This document shows positions 1 to 10,200 of a DNA stretch of 14,970 bases, piece by piece. The notes beneath the pieces are model-generated. The model did not search any database. It saw only the letters and a list, made by a program, of their open reading frames with translations, and was not told the origin of the DNA. The stretch lies in the NCBI GenBank assembly GCA_000388065.2, contig KB932212.1; one strand, given 5' to 3'. Position 1 is the first letter of the stretch. Each line of letters begins with the position of its first letter. The translations under genes were made by a program, and so were the position numbers. The DNA is from Fonticula alba ATCC 38817 (taxonomy: Eukaryota; Protista; Nucleariida).

Positions 1-73
1 GGGGGGGGAGGGCGATGATGGTGGGGAGCATCCGTGCCACCAGGGGGGGGGGGACCCCACCCGTCGGCCTTGC

Positions 74-3000
74 TCAGAAGGAGAAGGGCTGCGACGCGTG
101 GTGGTGATGGTGGCCATCGTGCGCGAAGGGGGGCAGGTAGTCGCCGGTGTGGCTGGCGGCCAGTGGCGAGTGCTCGCCGGTGTACGGTTCATAATCCCCA
201 GCCGGATGCTGGTGGTGGTGGTGGTGGTGGTGGTGGTGCTGATAGTGCGGGTCATCGAGGAAGGCCCCGCCGTCGGACACCACAGCCGGGTCGGTCCCGC
301 CGGGGACCGGCCCAAAGAGGGCCACCGACATGCGTGACAGCAGCGACCCGAGGGCCGACTGCGGGGGGGGCTCCGGCCCGGGGGCACGGCCGCCGGTCGG
401 CCCCGCCGGCAGGAGGGAAGTCCCCTCGGCGGACAGGATGGGCCCGCCAAGGGCATCCATTGCCCCGAGGGCCTCGAAGGCCTGGCGATCGTGCGGATGC
501 ATGCTGTCCGCCAGGCCGGGCCCCTGCTGGCCGGCGGTGCGGCCGCCGCCACCGCCGTGAGAGCGACCCCCCTTGCCGGGGCCGGGGCCGCTGCCGTCGG
601 CGAGGGCCCCGGCCCCGGCCCCGGCCCCGGCCCCGCTGGACGACTTCGGGCCGTGCCGGCTTTTGTGCGCCTTGAGGGCCATGCGCGCCTCGTCCAGGCC
701 CAAGCTGGCCAGGGCCACGGTCCCGCGGAGGAAGAGCGGCGCCGCGCGCCGCCGCGACCAGGGCGTCTCCCCGGCCAGCGGCAGGATGGCCATCTGGGCT
801 CGGTACTCGGTGCCGATGGCCGAGATGGCCGATGACAGGCTCTTGGAGGACAAAGTCAGCAGGGCCAGGGCCAGGGCCTCCACCGTGCTGAGCGAGCTGT
901 TGTTGGCCAGGAAGGTGGAGGCCGAGTTGGGCCGGTGGCTGGACCGGTGCACCGACGCCCTGGCCCCCGGGCCCAGGTCGTCATCCATCGGGAAGAGCGG
1001 ATCCGTCGGCAGCCCATGCAGCGGGCTGAACCGGAAGTCGTCCAAATCCCCGGCCGAGGAGGCGTCCGCCCCGCCGGGACCATGCCCGGCGCCGGCCGGC
1101 CCGCCACCGGGCAGCGGGAAGTGGTCGCTGTAGATGCTGATGGCCGAGCTGGTGGATGTCCGCATGGAGGCGGTCCCGTCAGTGGCCACACCGCCGGGCC
1201 CGGGGCCGGCATGGTTGAGCGACGCCGCCCCGGCCGACAGGCCGCCCTGGGTGGTGGTGCTCGAGTGGTGCTCGATGTGCCGGAGGAGCGCACGCTCGAC
1301 ATTGCCCAGGCGATCGGTCAGCAGCGAGGAGATCGGCGCAAACAGGATGAACAGCACGTAGAAGGCCACCACATCCAGGCAGAACATGTGGAAGGTGAAG
1401 ATCTGTGATGCGGATGGGCGGGGGGGGGCGGGGGGGTCAGAGGCCGAGACGCCAGGAGGCAAGGGTGGTGGGGGGGGGGGGGCGCCCTGGCCGGGCAGGG
1501 CCGACCGACGGAAGGAGAGGCACGGAAGCCAGGGGAAGGGGGGACGCACCGTCTCGCGGTAGAGCAGCGGAACGCAAGCAAGGATGACCGCGGCCACCGG
1601 CATCGAGAGGAACCAAACCGAGAAGAAGATGGTGATGTTGCGGAAGAAGAGCGCCCGGGGGGACCGGCGGTAGGACTGCCGCAGGGCGCGCAGCGCGGCC
1701 GCCAGGAACTGCAAGTACAAAATGCACCGAGCCGTCAGGAGCAGCGAGCCGGCCAGCGTCTGTCCCGGTCCCAGGGGAGGGGGGAGGGGGGGAGCATATG
1801 CATGCATGTGACGGGTCAGAACACGGGCACCCGGCGCCCGGCACCCGGCACCCGCACAGGCGAGACCGCGCGGTGGAAAGCCCCCACACGAAGCCCAGCA
1901 CGCACCTGGAACACACTGATGCCGGTGTCCTCGACGGTGCCGCCGCCCCCACCGCCGGCCGCCGACAGGAACTGCATCAGGAAGAGCCCCATGCACAGGG
2001 ACGAGTAGAGGCCCACCGAAATGCCCACCGACATGAGTGGCGTGCAGTTGAACCAGCGCTTTTTCGGCTTGGCCGAGCCGCCATGGCCGAGCCCGGCCAG
2101 CTCCGCATCGGTCGCCCCGTAGTACGACCCCCCGTGCAGGTAGTCCATGATGCTGTGGTCCGAGGCCGAGCGCTTGAAGCCGCCGGGCCCGCCGGACCCG
2201 TGCATGTCGGCGCCATCCCCGGCGCCCGAGGACAGGAGCCCAGGCCGCATGAGCTCCGGCGGCGGGGGCGTCGGCTCCGGCCAGCCGTGCGCAATCAGCA
2301 GCAGCAACGCAAAGAGGACCACCTGGGAGATGAGCTCGATCGACCGGGCCGCGCCCTCGGTCGAGGGCTCGGCGATGCCGGTCAGCCGCACCCCGCCGGC
2401 ATGCACGCCAGACAGCACGGCCCCGCTGAATTCCAGCAACAGCCCCACGGTGAAGAGCATGTTCAGCTGCGAGACCGAGGCCGCACGGCGGCCGGCGGAA
2501 CATCGACGGTCAGGCAATCGGCCACGGGGGAAGCAACAAACAAAACCGGCGGACCATGGCCCGGTGGCGACTGGCTGTGGCGTACCGGCGTCAGGAGCGA
2601 GGAAATCCCATGGAACATGGCGACGGTGATGTTGAACACCAGGTGGAGGACCAGCAGAACCAGAGCCATGGCCGCAAAGCCGGACACAATCGGCAGGACC
2701 ACTGCGGTGGGCGGCGCGCCCGGGCCCGCGCGGAGGGAGGAGAGGTCGTTCAAGTGAGCAGGGGGGAGACGATTCGGCACAGGGGGCGGGAGAGCGGCGA
2801 AAGGGAGATGCGGTGCACACGACGTACGACGCTCATCCAGGGAGGGATGTGTGCCGTCCGACTGGAGGGCCGTCACATTCGAGTGGTGCAGCTGCACCAT
2901 CATGTCCTGGCAGGAGGCAATGGCAAAGAAACNNNNNNNNNNNNNNNNNNNNNNNNNNNNNNNNNNNNNNNNNNNNNNNNNNNNNNNNNNNNNNNNNNNN

Positions 3001-3866
3001 NNNNNNNNNNNNNNNNNNNNNNNNNNNNNNNNNNNNNNNNNNNNNNNNNNNNNNNNNNNNNNNNNNNNNNNNNNNNNNNNNNNNNNNNNNNNNNNNNNNN
3101 NNNNNNNNNNNNNNNNNNNNNNNNNNNNNNNNNNNNNNNNNNNNNNNNNTCCGGGACCTGGGTGGCAGTGAGGCGAGCACAGGCCGGAAGGGGGGCGCGC
3201 ACAAGAAGGTGCCGCGCGGCTGGCCGGTCACCAGGACCGACCGGTTGAGGGTGAAGTTGGCCCACGACCCGTGAGGCTGGTCATCCAGGCGCAGGTCCCC
3301 GGCCGCCAGAGCCGGGTCCAGCGCAAGGCCCCCGGCCGCCGTCGGCGCATCCAGGGCCCCGGGGCGAGCCGGATCGTTGATGTGGAAAATCTCGTCGGCC
3401 AGCTGCACCCGCCCGTGGCAGTCCAGGCGGGTGTCCGACGGGTCGCGCGCCTGATGCCAACGTGTCTCGTTGCGATAGACCAGCTGCTCGAGGGCCGGCC
3501 GAAGGGGGCAGGGCAAGGGTGAGCGGTGTGGCTGCCATGGGGCAGGCGCGCGCGCGCGCACGCGCGGCGGGGGGGGGGCATTCAAGACGCACGAAGATCT
3601 GGTTGCCCTTGGACGAAGCGAAGGAGACATAGTAGCGGCCGTTTCCTGTGGCGATGGACGTGTGGCAGGGGGCGGAGTTGAGGGGGTAAGGGGGCGGGGA
3701 GGGAACGGTGCGCGGGCATTGGATGCAGGGCCGATGGTCGCGCCGTCGTGCGCGCATGCCCACACACGCACCGTAGATGGTCTCGCTGTCGGCGTCGAAG
3801 GCGAACCGGGCCAAGAAGTAGAGCCCGGTCTTCAGGGGTGCGGAAACATTGTACTCAAGCGCGGTC
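74..3866 (-). CDS. GPR180/TMEM145-like (GOST family, GpcrRhopsn4-type) seven-transmembrane protein; 5' end missing, probably in or upstream of the N gap
   Basis: Exons (minus strand): 3866-3772, 3645-3593, 3483-3203, 2931-2828, 2701-2586, 2466-1906, 1759-1550, 1402-74 (TGA). All junctions are GT-AG and phases are consistent, giving 915 aa. Lumenal motifs LYFLARFAF, LVYRNETRW..DC and FFAIASCQ, and HPSLDE, resemble TMEM145 (WVFLTRFCF, LLYFDDPSQW..DC, WYIALSKC, HFSADE). Seven hydrophobic segments follow, including LFALLLLIAHGW (cf. LILLGKGF) and SVWFLSMPVAAVI (cf. TLWFFAVPVMALI). Several N-x-S/T sequons lie in the lumenal domain. Confidence 0.85.
212..238 (-). repeat. (CAC)9 poly-histidine tract near the C-terminus of the 7TM protein; a second His5 lies at 98-112
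   Basis: (GTG)9 on the plus strand; translation YQHHHHHHHHHQH. Confidence 0.95.
605..634 (-). repeat. (GGGGCC)5 hexamer repeat encoding Gly-Ala dipeptides in the 7TM tail
   Basis: Plus strand ggcccc x5; translation GAGAGAGAGA. Confidence 0.85.
2933..3149. other. Assembly gap (N run), apparently inside one intron of the 7TM gene
   Basis: The flanking exons (3483-3203 ending TT; 2931 starting T) splice in phase to give GTFFFFAIASC, so no exon is required inside the gap. Confidence 0.9.
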
Positions 3867-3925
3867 CTGTGGCCAGCGCGGGATGTCAGCGGGGGGGGGG
3901 GGGCAGGGGGCAGGGAGCGGGCAGA

Positions 3926-4554
3926 NNNNNNNNNNNNNNNNNNNNNNNNNNNNNNNNNNNNNNNNNNNNNNNNNNNNNNNNNNNNNNNNNNNNNNNNNNN
4001 NNNNNNNNNNNNNNNNNNNNNNNNNNNNNNNNNNNNNNNNNNNNNNNNNNNNNNNNNNNNNNNNNNNNNNNNNNNNNNNNNNNNNNNNNNNNNNNNNNNN
4101 NNNNNNNNNNNNNNNNNNNNNNNNNNNNNNNNNNNNNNNNNNNNNNNNNNNNNNNNNNNNNNNNNNNNNNNNNNNNNNNNNNNNNNNNNNNNNNNNNNNN
4201 NNNNNNNNNNNNNNNNNNNNNNNNNNNNNNNNNNNNNNNNNNNNNNNNNNNNNNNNNNNNNNNNNNNNNNNNNNNNNNNNNNNNNNNNNNNNNNNNNNNN
4301 NNNNNNNNNNNNNNNNNNNNNNNNNNNNNNNNNNNNNNNNNNNNNNNNNNNNNNNNNNNNNNNNNNNNNNNNNNNNNNNNNNNNNNNNNNNNNNNNNNNN
4401 NNNNNNNNNNNNNNNNNNNNNNNNNNNNNNNNNNNNNNNNNNNNNNNNNNNNNNNNNNNNNNNNNNNNNNNNNNNNNNNNNNNNNNNNNNNNNNNNNNNN
4501 NNNNNNNNNNNNNNNNNNNNNNNNNNNNNNNNNNNNNNNNNNNNNNNNNNNNNN
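3926..4554. other. Assembly gap (N run) that may hide the signal-peptide exon of the 7TM gene
   Basis: N run. The exon at 3866 begins after a canonical acceptor (ctgac...ccacag) and has no ATG. Confidence 0.9.
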
Positions 4555-5246
4555 GCCCCGGCCCGCCACGACGATCAGGGGCGCGTGTCCCCACTAACGG
4601 CTCCCCCTTCATCAACGCGCGGGGAGGGCGGAAACAATAACAACCAGCCAATATGTCGCCGCGGCCCATCGCGCCGACTCGGTCCCCCTCGACCGGCGGC
4701 ACCGACCCGGGCCGGTGCGCATCCCCCCCCGCCCCCCCCCCCGCGCTCCGCCCGGGGCCGTCCTGTTCCCCCTCGGGTCAGCCCGGCGCCAGGAGGGGAG
4801 AAAGCTCGGGGGCCGACGCCAGGGGGGGGGGGGGGGGGACACGCCCCATCTGCCGGACCAGGCCGGCATGGGGAAGAATTTCAGTCTCGCCTCAGTTGGC
4901 ACCAGCCGCCAGATGGTCCCCCGGTGCCGCGGCGCGCAGGAAGAGGGGGGCATTTCATCCCGGCGCGCCGGGGGCGGGCGTGATCTCGGCGTGATGGGTG
5001 TCACGGGTCGGCGTCCGGGATTGGCCCGGACGACTACGGCGACTAGAAGGACCTCGACTGGCATCGCTGGACGGACGGGGGGGGGGGGGACCCTTCGCGC
5101 GGCTGGCGCTCCTCTCTGAACATGCCCCCGGCTGGCGGGGGCCCCGGGCCGCCGCTGTCTGGGGGGGGCACGCACGCCGTCCCCCGCCGCCGCCGGGACA
5201 AGAGCGGGGCTGGCGCGATGGTGTCCGGCCGTGTTGAGCAAGGGCG

Positions 5247-5269
5247 CACACGCACACACACACACACAC
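5247..5269 (+). repeat. (CA)n microsatellite with one CG interruption
   Basis: cacacgcacacacacacacacac. Confidence 0.9.
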
Positions 5270-5407
5270 GGCCCGGGCGGGGCCAGCCTTTTTTCGCGAA
5301 GGACCAAGAAGGGGACGCGGCGGGGGTGCGCGTCCGGCGCCCGTAGACCGATCGGGGGTCGGGGGAGGCTTATCTCGGGCAGGCCCGCCGGCCTGCGGGA
5401 CATCTGG

Positions 5408-5434
5408 CACACGCACACACACACACACACACAC
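5408..5434 (+). repeat. (CA)n microsatellite with one CG interruption, upstream of Derlin
   Basis: cacacgcacacacacacacacacacac, followed by a C/T-rich leader. Confidence 0.9.
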
Positions 5435-5580
5435 CCTCCCCCCTCCCTCGGCCTCTGGCTCCCGCTGTCCTCGCCCTCCGCTCGACTCCCTGCATCTGCC
5501 CCTCGCCTGCGCGCCCTGCCAGACTCAGCCGCTCGGCACCGCCCTCCCCTCCCCCCCCCCCTCGCCCGCCTCCACCATGG
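5434..5580 (+). promoter_or_regulatory. Pyrimidine-rich leader/promoter and Kozak-like start of Derlin, part of a divergent intergenic region
   Basis: A C/T-rich stretch ends in tccaccATGg. A similar C/T-rich stretch precedes the SNAPC4 ATG (12766-12900, minus strand, ggcacATGg). No TSS can be located from sequence alone. Confidence 0.4.
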
Positions 5581-6883
5581 CCGCCATCGACCAGTGGTAC
5601 CGGTCCATGCCCCTGGTCACCCGGACCTATGCCACACTGGCGGTCGGCACAACCCTGGCCTGCGTGCGTCCGACCGTCCGCCGGGGGCTGCCTCTGGCGC
5701 CGCGCCCCCTTTTGCCGTACTTGCCCCCCATGCTGACGCCTCCGCCCGATCGGATCCGCCCGCCGCCCGGCCCCCGCAGCACATCGGCCTCCTACGGCCG
5801 CTCCAGCTGTACCTCAACCTGGGCCTGGTGTTCAAGGCGCATGAGGTGCGTGCACATGCTCCGGATGCTCCCCAGGCGGCGCGCCGCTCCCAACCGCCGC
5901 TAATTACCCCCCGCTCGGCGCCCCCCGCCACCCTGCCCCGCTCGCCATTCACACGCCCCACCACAGTACTGGCGCCTTGTCACCAACCAGCTTTTCTTCG
6001 GCATGCTCGGCATGGAGTTTGTCTTTCGAATCTACTTCCTGTGCGTGAGGCCCGCCGGCCGGTGGGGACGACCGCCCGTGCCTTTCCGCCCATGCGCCTG
6101 ACTGACGATCCTCCCCCGCCCCCCCCCCCCCCACACACACACACACACATGTATACATATGCTTTGTCGCCCGCAGAATTCACTATAGCTGGCTGCTGGA
6201 GACCGGGCACTTCCGTGGGAGACGTGCCGACTTCGTGTGGATGCTGATCCTCGAAGCGGCCGCCCTGACCGTGCGCCACGCCCCGCTCGTCGCCCCCAAC
6301 CGCTGACCATCATCCCGGCGCTGTCTCACGCCTGAAGAATCCCTCCCCCCCCCCTCCCCGCGCCCGACCAGATCCTGGCCCCCTTCACGCGCCTGCTCTT
6401 CCTCGGCACCGCGCTCAGCTTCTCCCTGGTGTATGTGTGGGCGCGGCGCAGCCCGGATGTCCGGGTGGCCGTGCTCGGGCTCGTGCCCATCCGCGCCCCG
6501 TGGCTGCCCTGGGCGCTGCTCATTGTTCCGCTGATTCTTCGCGAGTCCCTGCCGATCGCCGGTGCGTGTCCCATGCAGGCGCTCCTCTTTCATCCTGGCT
6601 TGCGCCCGGCCCCCGGCTGTCGCGCAACATGCGTACTCATATCCCCCCCCCCACACACACACAACCACATAGACCTCCTCGGCATTGCTGTCGGCCATCT
6701 CTACTACTACCTGGATGCCGTCCTGCCGACCATCATTCACCGGGACTTCGTCGGCGCGCCGCGTTGGCTGTACGTGTCTGGGGCACCTGGCTCGGCCATC
6801 CTCCCCCGGGCCCCCTGCACCACGCCCTTCCACCAGTGTGACGTCCCCGTGTTGCTGACTCCCCACCCCGATCCTTTCCCTAT

Positions 6884-6917
<34 letters not shown>

Positions 6918-7002
6918 CCGTGCATGCACCAACAGCAAGCGCCTCCTCGACGACCCGAACGATCCGGCCTCAATTGCGGCCGCCGGTGCCAACCGCGCGT
7001 GA
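5577..7002 (+). CDS. DER1: Derlin (Der1-like ERAD rhomboid pseudoprotease), 224 aa, 7 exons
   Basis: Exons 5577-5663, 5780-5845, 5967-6040, 6177-6270, 6372-6561, 6673-6769, 6936-7002 total 675 nt, ATG to TGA. The protein has Derlin hallmarks: MPLVTRTY, QLYLN, YWRLVTN.LFFG, LLETGHFRGRRADF, FLGTAL..SLVYVWARR, APWLPW, DLLGIAVGHLYYYL. Start context is tccaccATGg. Assignment to a Derlin subtype is uncertain. Confidence 0.96.
6132..6149 (+). repeat. (CA)n microsatellite in Derlin intron 3
   Basis: A C-run followed by (CA)9. Confidence 0.9.
6885..6915 (+). repeat. (CA)n microsatellite in Derlin intron 6
   Basis: About 15 CA units between the ctgac branch-like site and the CAG acceptor. Confidence 0.9.
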
Positions 7003-7276
7003 GCACCTCTCTCCCCCCCCTGGGAGAGGAAAGAAAATGGAAACCCCGCCGGGGCCTCCACACCGAAGCAACTCTCCCGCGGAGGGGGAGGCGGGCGTCC
7101 CGACAATGTACAAGAAGAACAAAAAAAAAAAAGAAAGACCCGACCATTCACAAGGACACCATGTATTTTGCTGTGGCCAGCTGGGCAAGGAGAGGCACGG
7201 GACACCGGCCAGGGGGAAGTGCACGCCACGCAGGACACGGGACACATGCCGCCTCCCCTCCTCCCGGAGGGTTCCC

Positions 7277-10200
7277 CTAGGGCACGCCCGGGTCCGCCAG
7301 GAAATCCGGACTGCCAGCCAGGCCCAATGCCCAGACCGCGAGCGCGCGCACCCGGGCCGCGGTCCGGTCGGCCGGCAACAAGGCCAGCGAGTTGAGGGCC
7401 GGCAGGTCTTCCAGCAACAGATGCGTCGCATCGGCCCGCATGCCGATGGCCGCCGTCTCGAGCACCACCGGGTTGCTGGAGTAGGGGGGCGCCGCCATGG
7501 CCGGATGGTGGCGCGGGTCGAACAGCCCATCCAGCAGGCGCTCGCCCGGGGTCCGGGGATCGCCGCCCGGGCTCGGCCGGGGCACCAGCTCGGCCGGGCC
7601 AAACTCCGCCATGTCCGCGCACAGGTCCCCCAGCCACTGGGTGGTGATGATGCTCGGCGGCAGGGGAGCACAGTAGAAACCACCCTCGGTGAAGGGCCCA
7701 CAGGGATCGGCCGAAGGGGGGCCCTCTCCCGAGGGATCCTCCGCCGGGCGGCAGCCCGCGCCCCCAGGACACTGGGCCCCGGACATCGGCGAAAGCTCCG
7801 GATGCCAAGAGCAGAAGTCGTTGGCGGCCGTGCGCTCCGGGTCCAGGCACATGAAATTGTCGGCCATCGCTCGTCCGAGGACCCGCCGCGTGGGATCCAG
7901 CAGGAGTGGCGGATGCTCGGAGGGCGGGGCGTCGCCCTCCGGGCGGCCGGGCGCGCCCTCCGGTCGAAGCTCGGCCGGCATGGCCGCCTGCACCCAGGCC
8001 TCGGGGCAGGGAATGCTCGGAGGGGGTGCCTTCTCACGGCTGCCGCTGGTTGAGGAGGAGGACGAAGAAGAGGAGGACGAAGAAGAGGAGGACGAAGAGG
8101 ACGAAGAGGAGGAGGAGGAGGAGGAAGAGGAGGAGGAAGAGGACGAAGAGGAGGAGGAAGAGGAAGAGGAGGAGGAGGAAGAGGAGGAGGATATCCGACG
8201 GGCAAGGGCGCCGAACTCCGGCAGAGACCCAGTCCACCAGGCGATGTTGTCGACTCGGAGCTCCAGGTTCCCCAGGGTCGCCGAGCAGAGCAGCGCATCG
8301 CGTAGCTGCATCGTGTACACCCGCCGCGCATCAAAGAAGGACAGGAGCGACGGGCCGAAGGTCCGGGTCAGGCCGTCCACCGGGGGAGGCCCCGGCGCCG
8401 GGCTCGCGGCCGGCGGGGCGGCTCTCATGGTCAGCAGCCCGGGGCCCAGCGACCGCAGCCGCACCAGCGGTGACTCATCGGAGAAGCCGACACGCAGGCG
8501 CAGGCCGCCCGGACCGCCGGCCGTGGCGCTCGCGGACCCCGGGCGACTGGAACCGCCCCGATCGCTGGGGCCGCCCGGGCTGCCGGGCGCCGTGTTGGTC
8601 GGCGACGCGGGCACCGGCGAGGCGCTCCCCTCCGGCGACCCGTCCCCCGACTCCTCGGTCGACCCGGGCGTCAGGTAGATGGAAAACAGGTCCAGCTCCC
8701 ACTCGAAGATGCACTGGACGCGCTTGCGCAGGAACTTCACCGACCACTGGGGGAAGGCCCCCGTCAGCAGCCGCCAGAAGGGCGACTCGGCACTGGCCCC
8801 GGGCCCGGTGCTGGGACCGGCACCGGGGGGGCCCCCGGCCGGCCCGGCGTCCGCGGCCCCCGGCTCATTCGGAGCACCGGCCGCCGCCCCGGCAGACCCG
8901 TCGGCCGCCGGGGCATCTATGTGCTGGCCGAACACCCGCCACAGGAGACGCGCCTGCTGCGCCGCGGTCGCAGAGTCCATCGCCCCGGCCTGGGCCTGGA
9001 ACCGGAGGAAGCTCCGCCCGGCCTCGGCGCGCAGGAGGCAATACAGCCGGAAGTCCTCGGCCGGGCCCCAGGCAGCCTCGCGCGAGGCCTTGCGCGCGCC
9101 CGGGCCGCCGGCCGCCCTGCCGCGCGCGCTCACCGGCGCCGCTCGATCCGTCAGCAGGGCCAGCCGCGCGGCCAGGAACGCCTGTCGCCGGCACTCGGAC
9201 CCGGTCACCTCGGCCGTCGGGAGCCCGCGCGCGGCCAACCCCCCGGCCACCCGGCTGGCCACACTGTCCCACTGGCACATGGTGCCGGGCAGCGCATCCG
9301 AGAAGAAAGTCATCCGCTCCTGGGACAGGGCCTCGCGCAGCAGGGCCAGCCAGTCCTCGGGCCAGGCCCGGCGCTGGAGCCGCTGGCGCTCCCGGTGCAG
9401 GCGCGACCCCGGCCGGTCGGCAAAGTGCCGGACCACAAGCGACAGCTTCTCGGCCGGCCGCGACCTCGAGCCGCCATCCATGGCGCCCGCCTCCGAGCCG
9501 TCAAACAGCCCGCCCAGCGGGAAGCCCGCGTACTGCGGCAGCACCGGCAGCGGCGGAGCCGGCAGGACGGCCGTCACCGACCCCGGGGACCAGGCCCCCG
9601 GGACCACGGCACCACTCGGGCTGCCGGGCATCGGCGGCGAAGTGGCCGTAGCATGGGCCAGTGGCGAGACGGCGGCCGAACTGGCCGGCTGGCTGGCCGG
9701 GGGGGCGGCCGGCTCGGCCGGCCCCGGCGGGGCCTCCAGCTCCAGGCGCCGGCGGCGCGATTGCAGGAGCCCGGCCTTCAGGTACAGGGGGCTTTGGTAG
9801 AATCGCCGGACAAGCTGCCGGATTTCGCGCTGCTCGGCCAGCTTGTCGGCCATCGGGACCAGCAAGGTGCCTCGCGCACGGGACGCCTTCTTAAAGCCCT
9901 CCGGGTCCACTTGCGAAAAGTGCCGCAGGCTAGAGGTCGGGAGCCCTGGTCAGCGAGGCGGCCACCCGGAGGGACAGGGCGGCGAAGGGGACACAACCGG
10001 CCACGCGGCAGGCCAAAAGACCGGAAGCAGGCTTACACGCACCACACCAACGGCGGCCGGCCAGTGCCCAGCTCGGCCGCAATCCGGACCCAGCCCCGAC
10101 CGCCCAGCCGCCGGGCGATCTGCACCAGGCGGTAGGTCTCGCGCGGGAGCCATTCCTCCACGGTCGAGCAGTCCACCCCCGGCAGGAAGGGCTCCGAGTT

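Noticed and set aside
605-634. GGGGCC repeat resembling the C9orf72 hexamer
   Set aside because: Only five units, simply encoding a Gly-Ala linker.
3546-3566. (CG)n alternating tract with Z-DNA potential
   Set aside because: Short, intronic and unremarkable in a GC-rich genome.
5967-6710. Possible active rhomboid protease (WR motif, GxxxGH in the last TM)
   Set aside because: TM4 has FLGTAL rather than the catalytic GxSG. This is the normal inactive Derlin pattern.
7689-9800. Long plus-strand ORFs (329, 581, 373 aa), including a poly-Glu/Asp stretch
   Set aside because: Antisense shadows of the GC-rich SNAPC4 exon. They have no family motifs, and the splice signals support only the minus strand.
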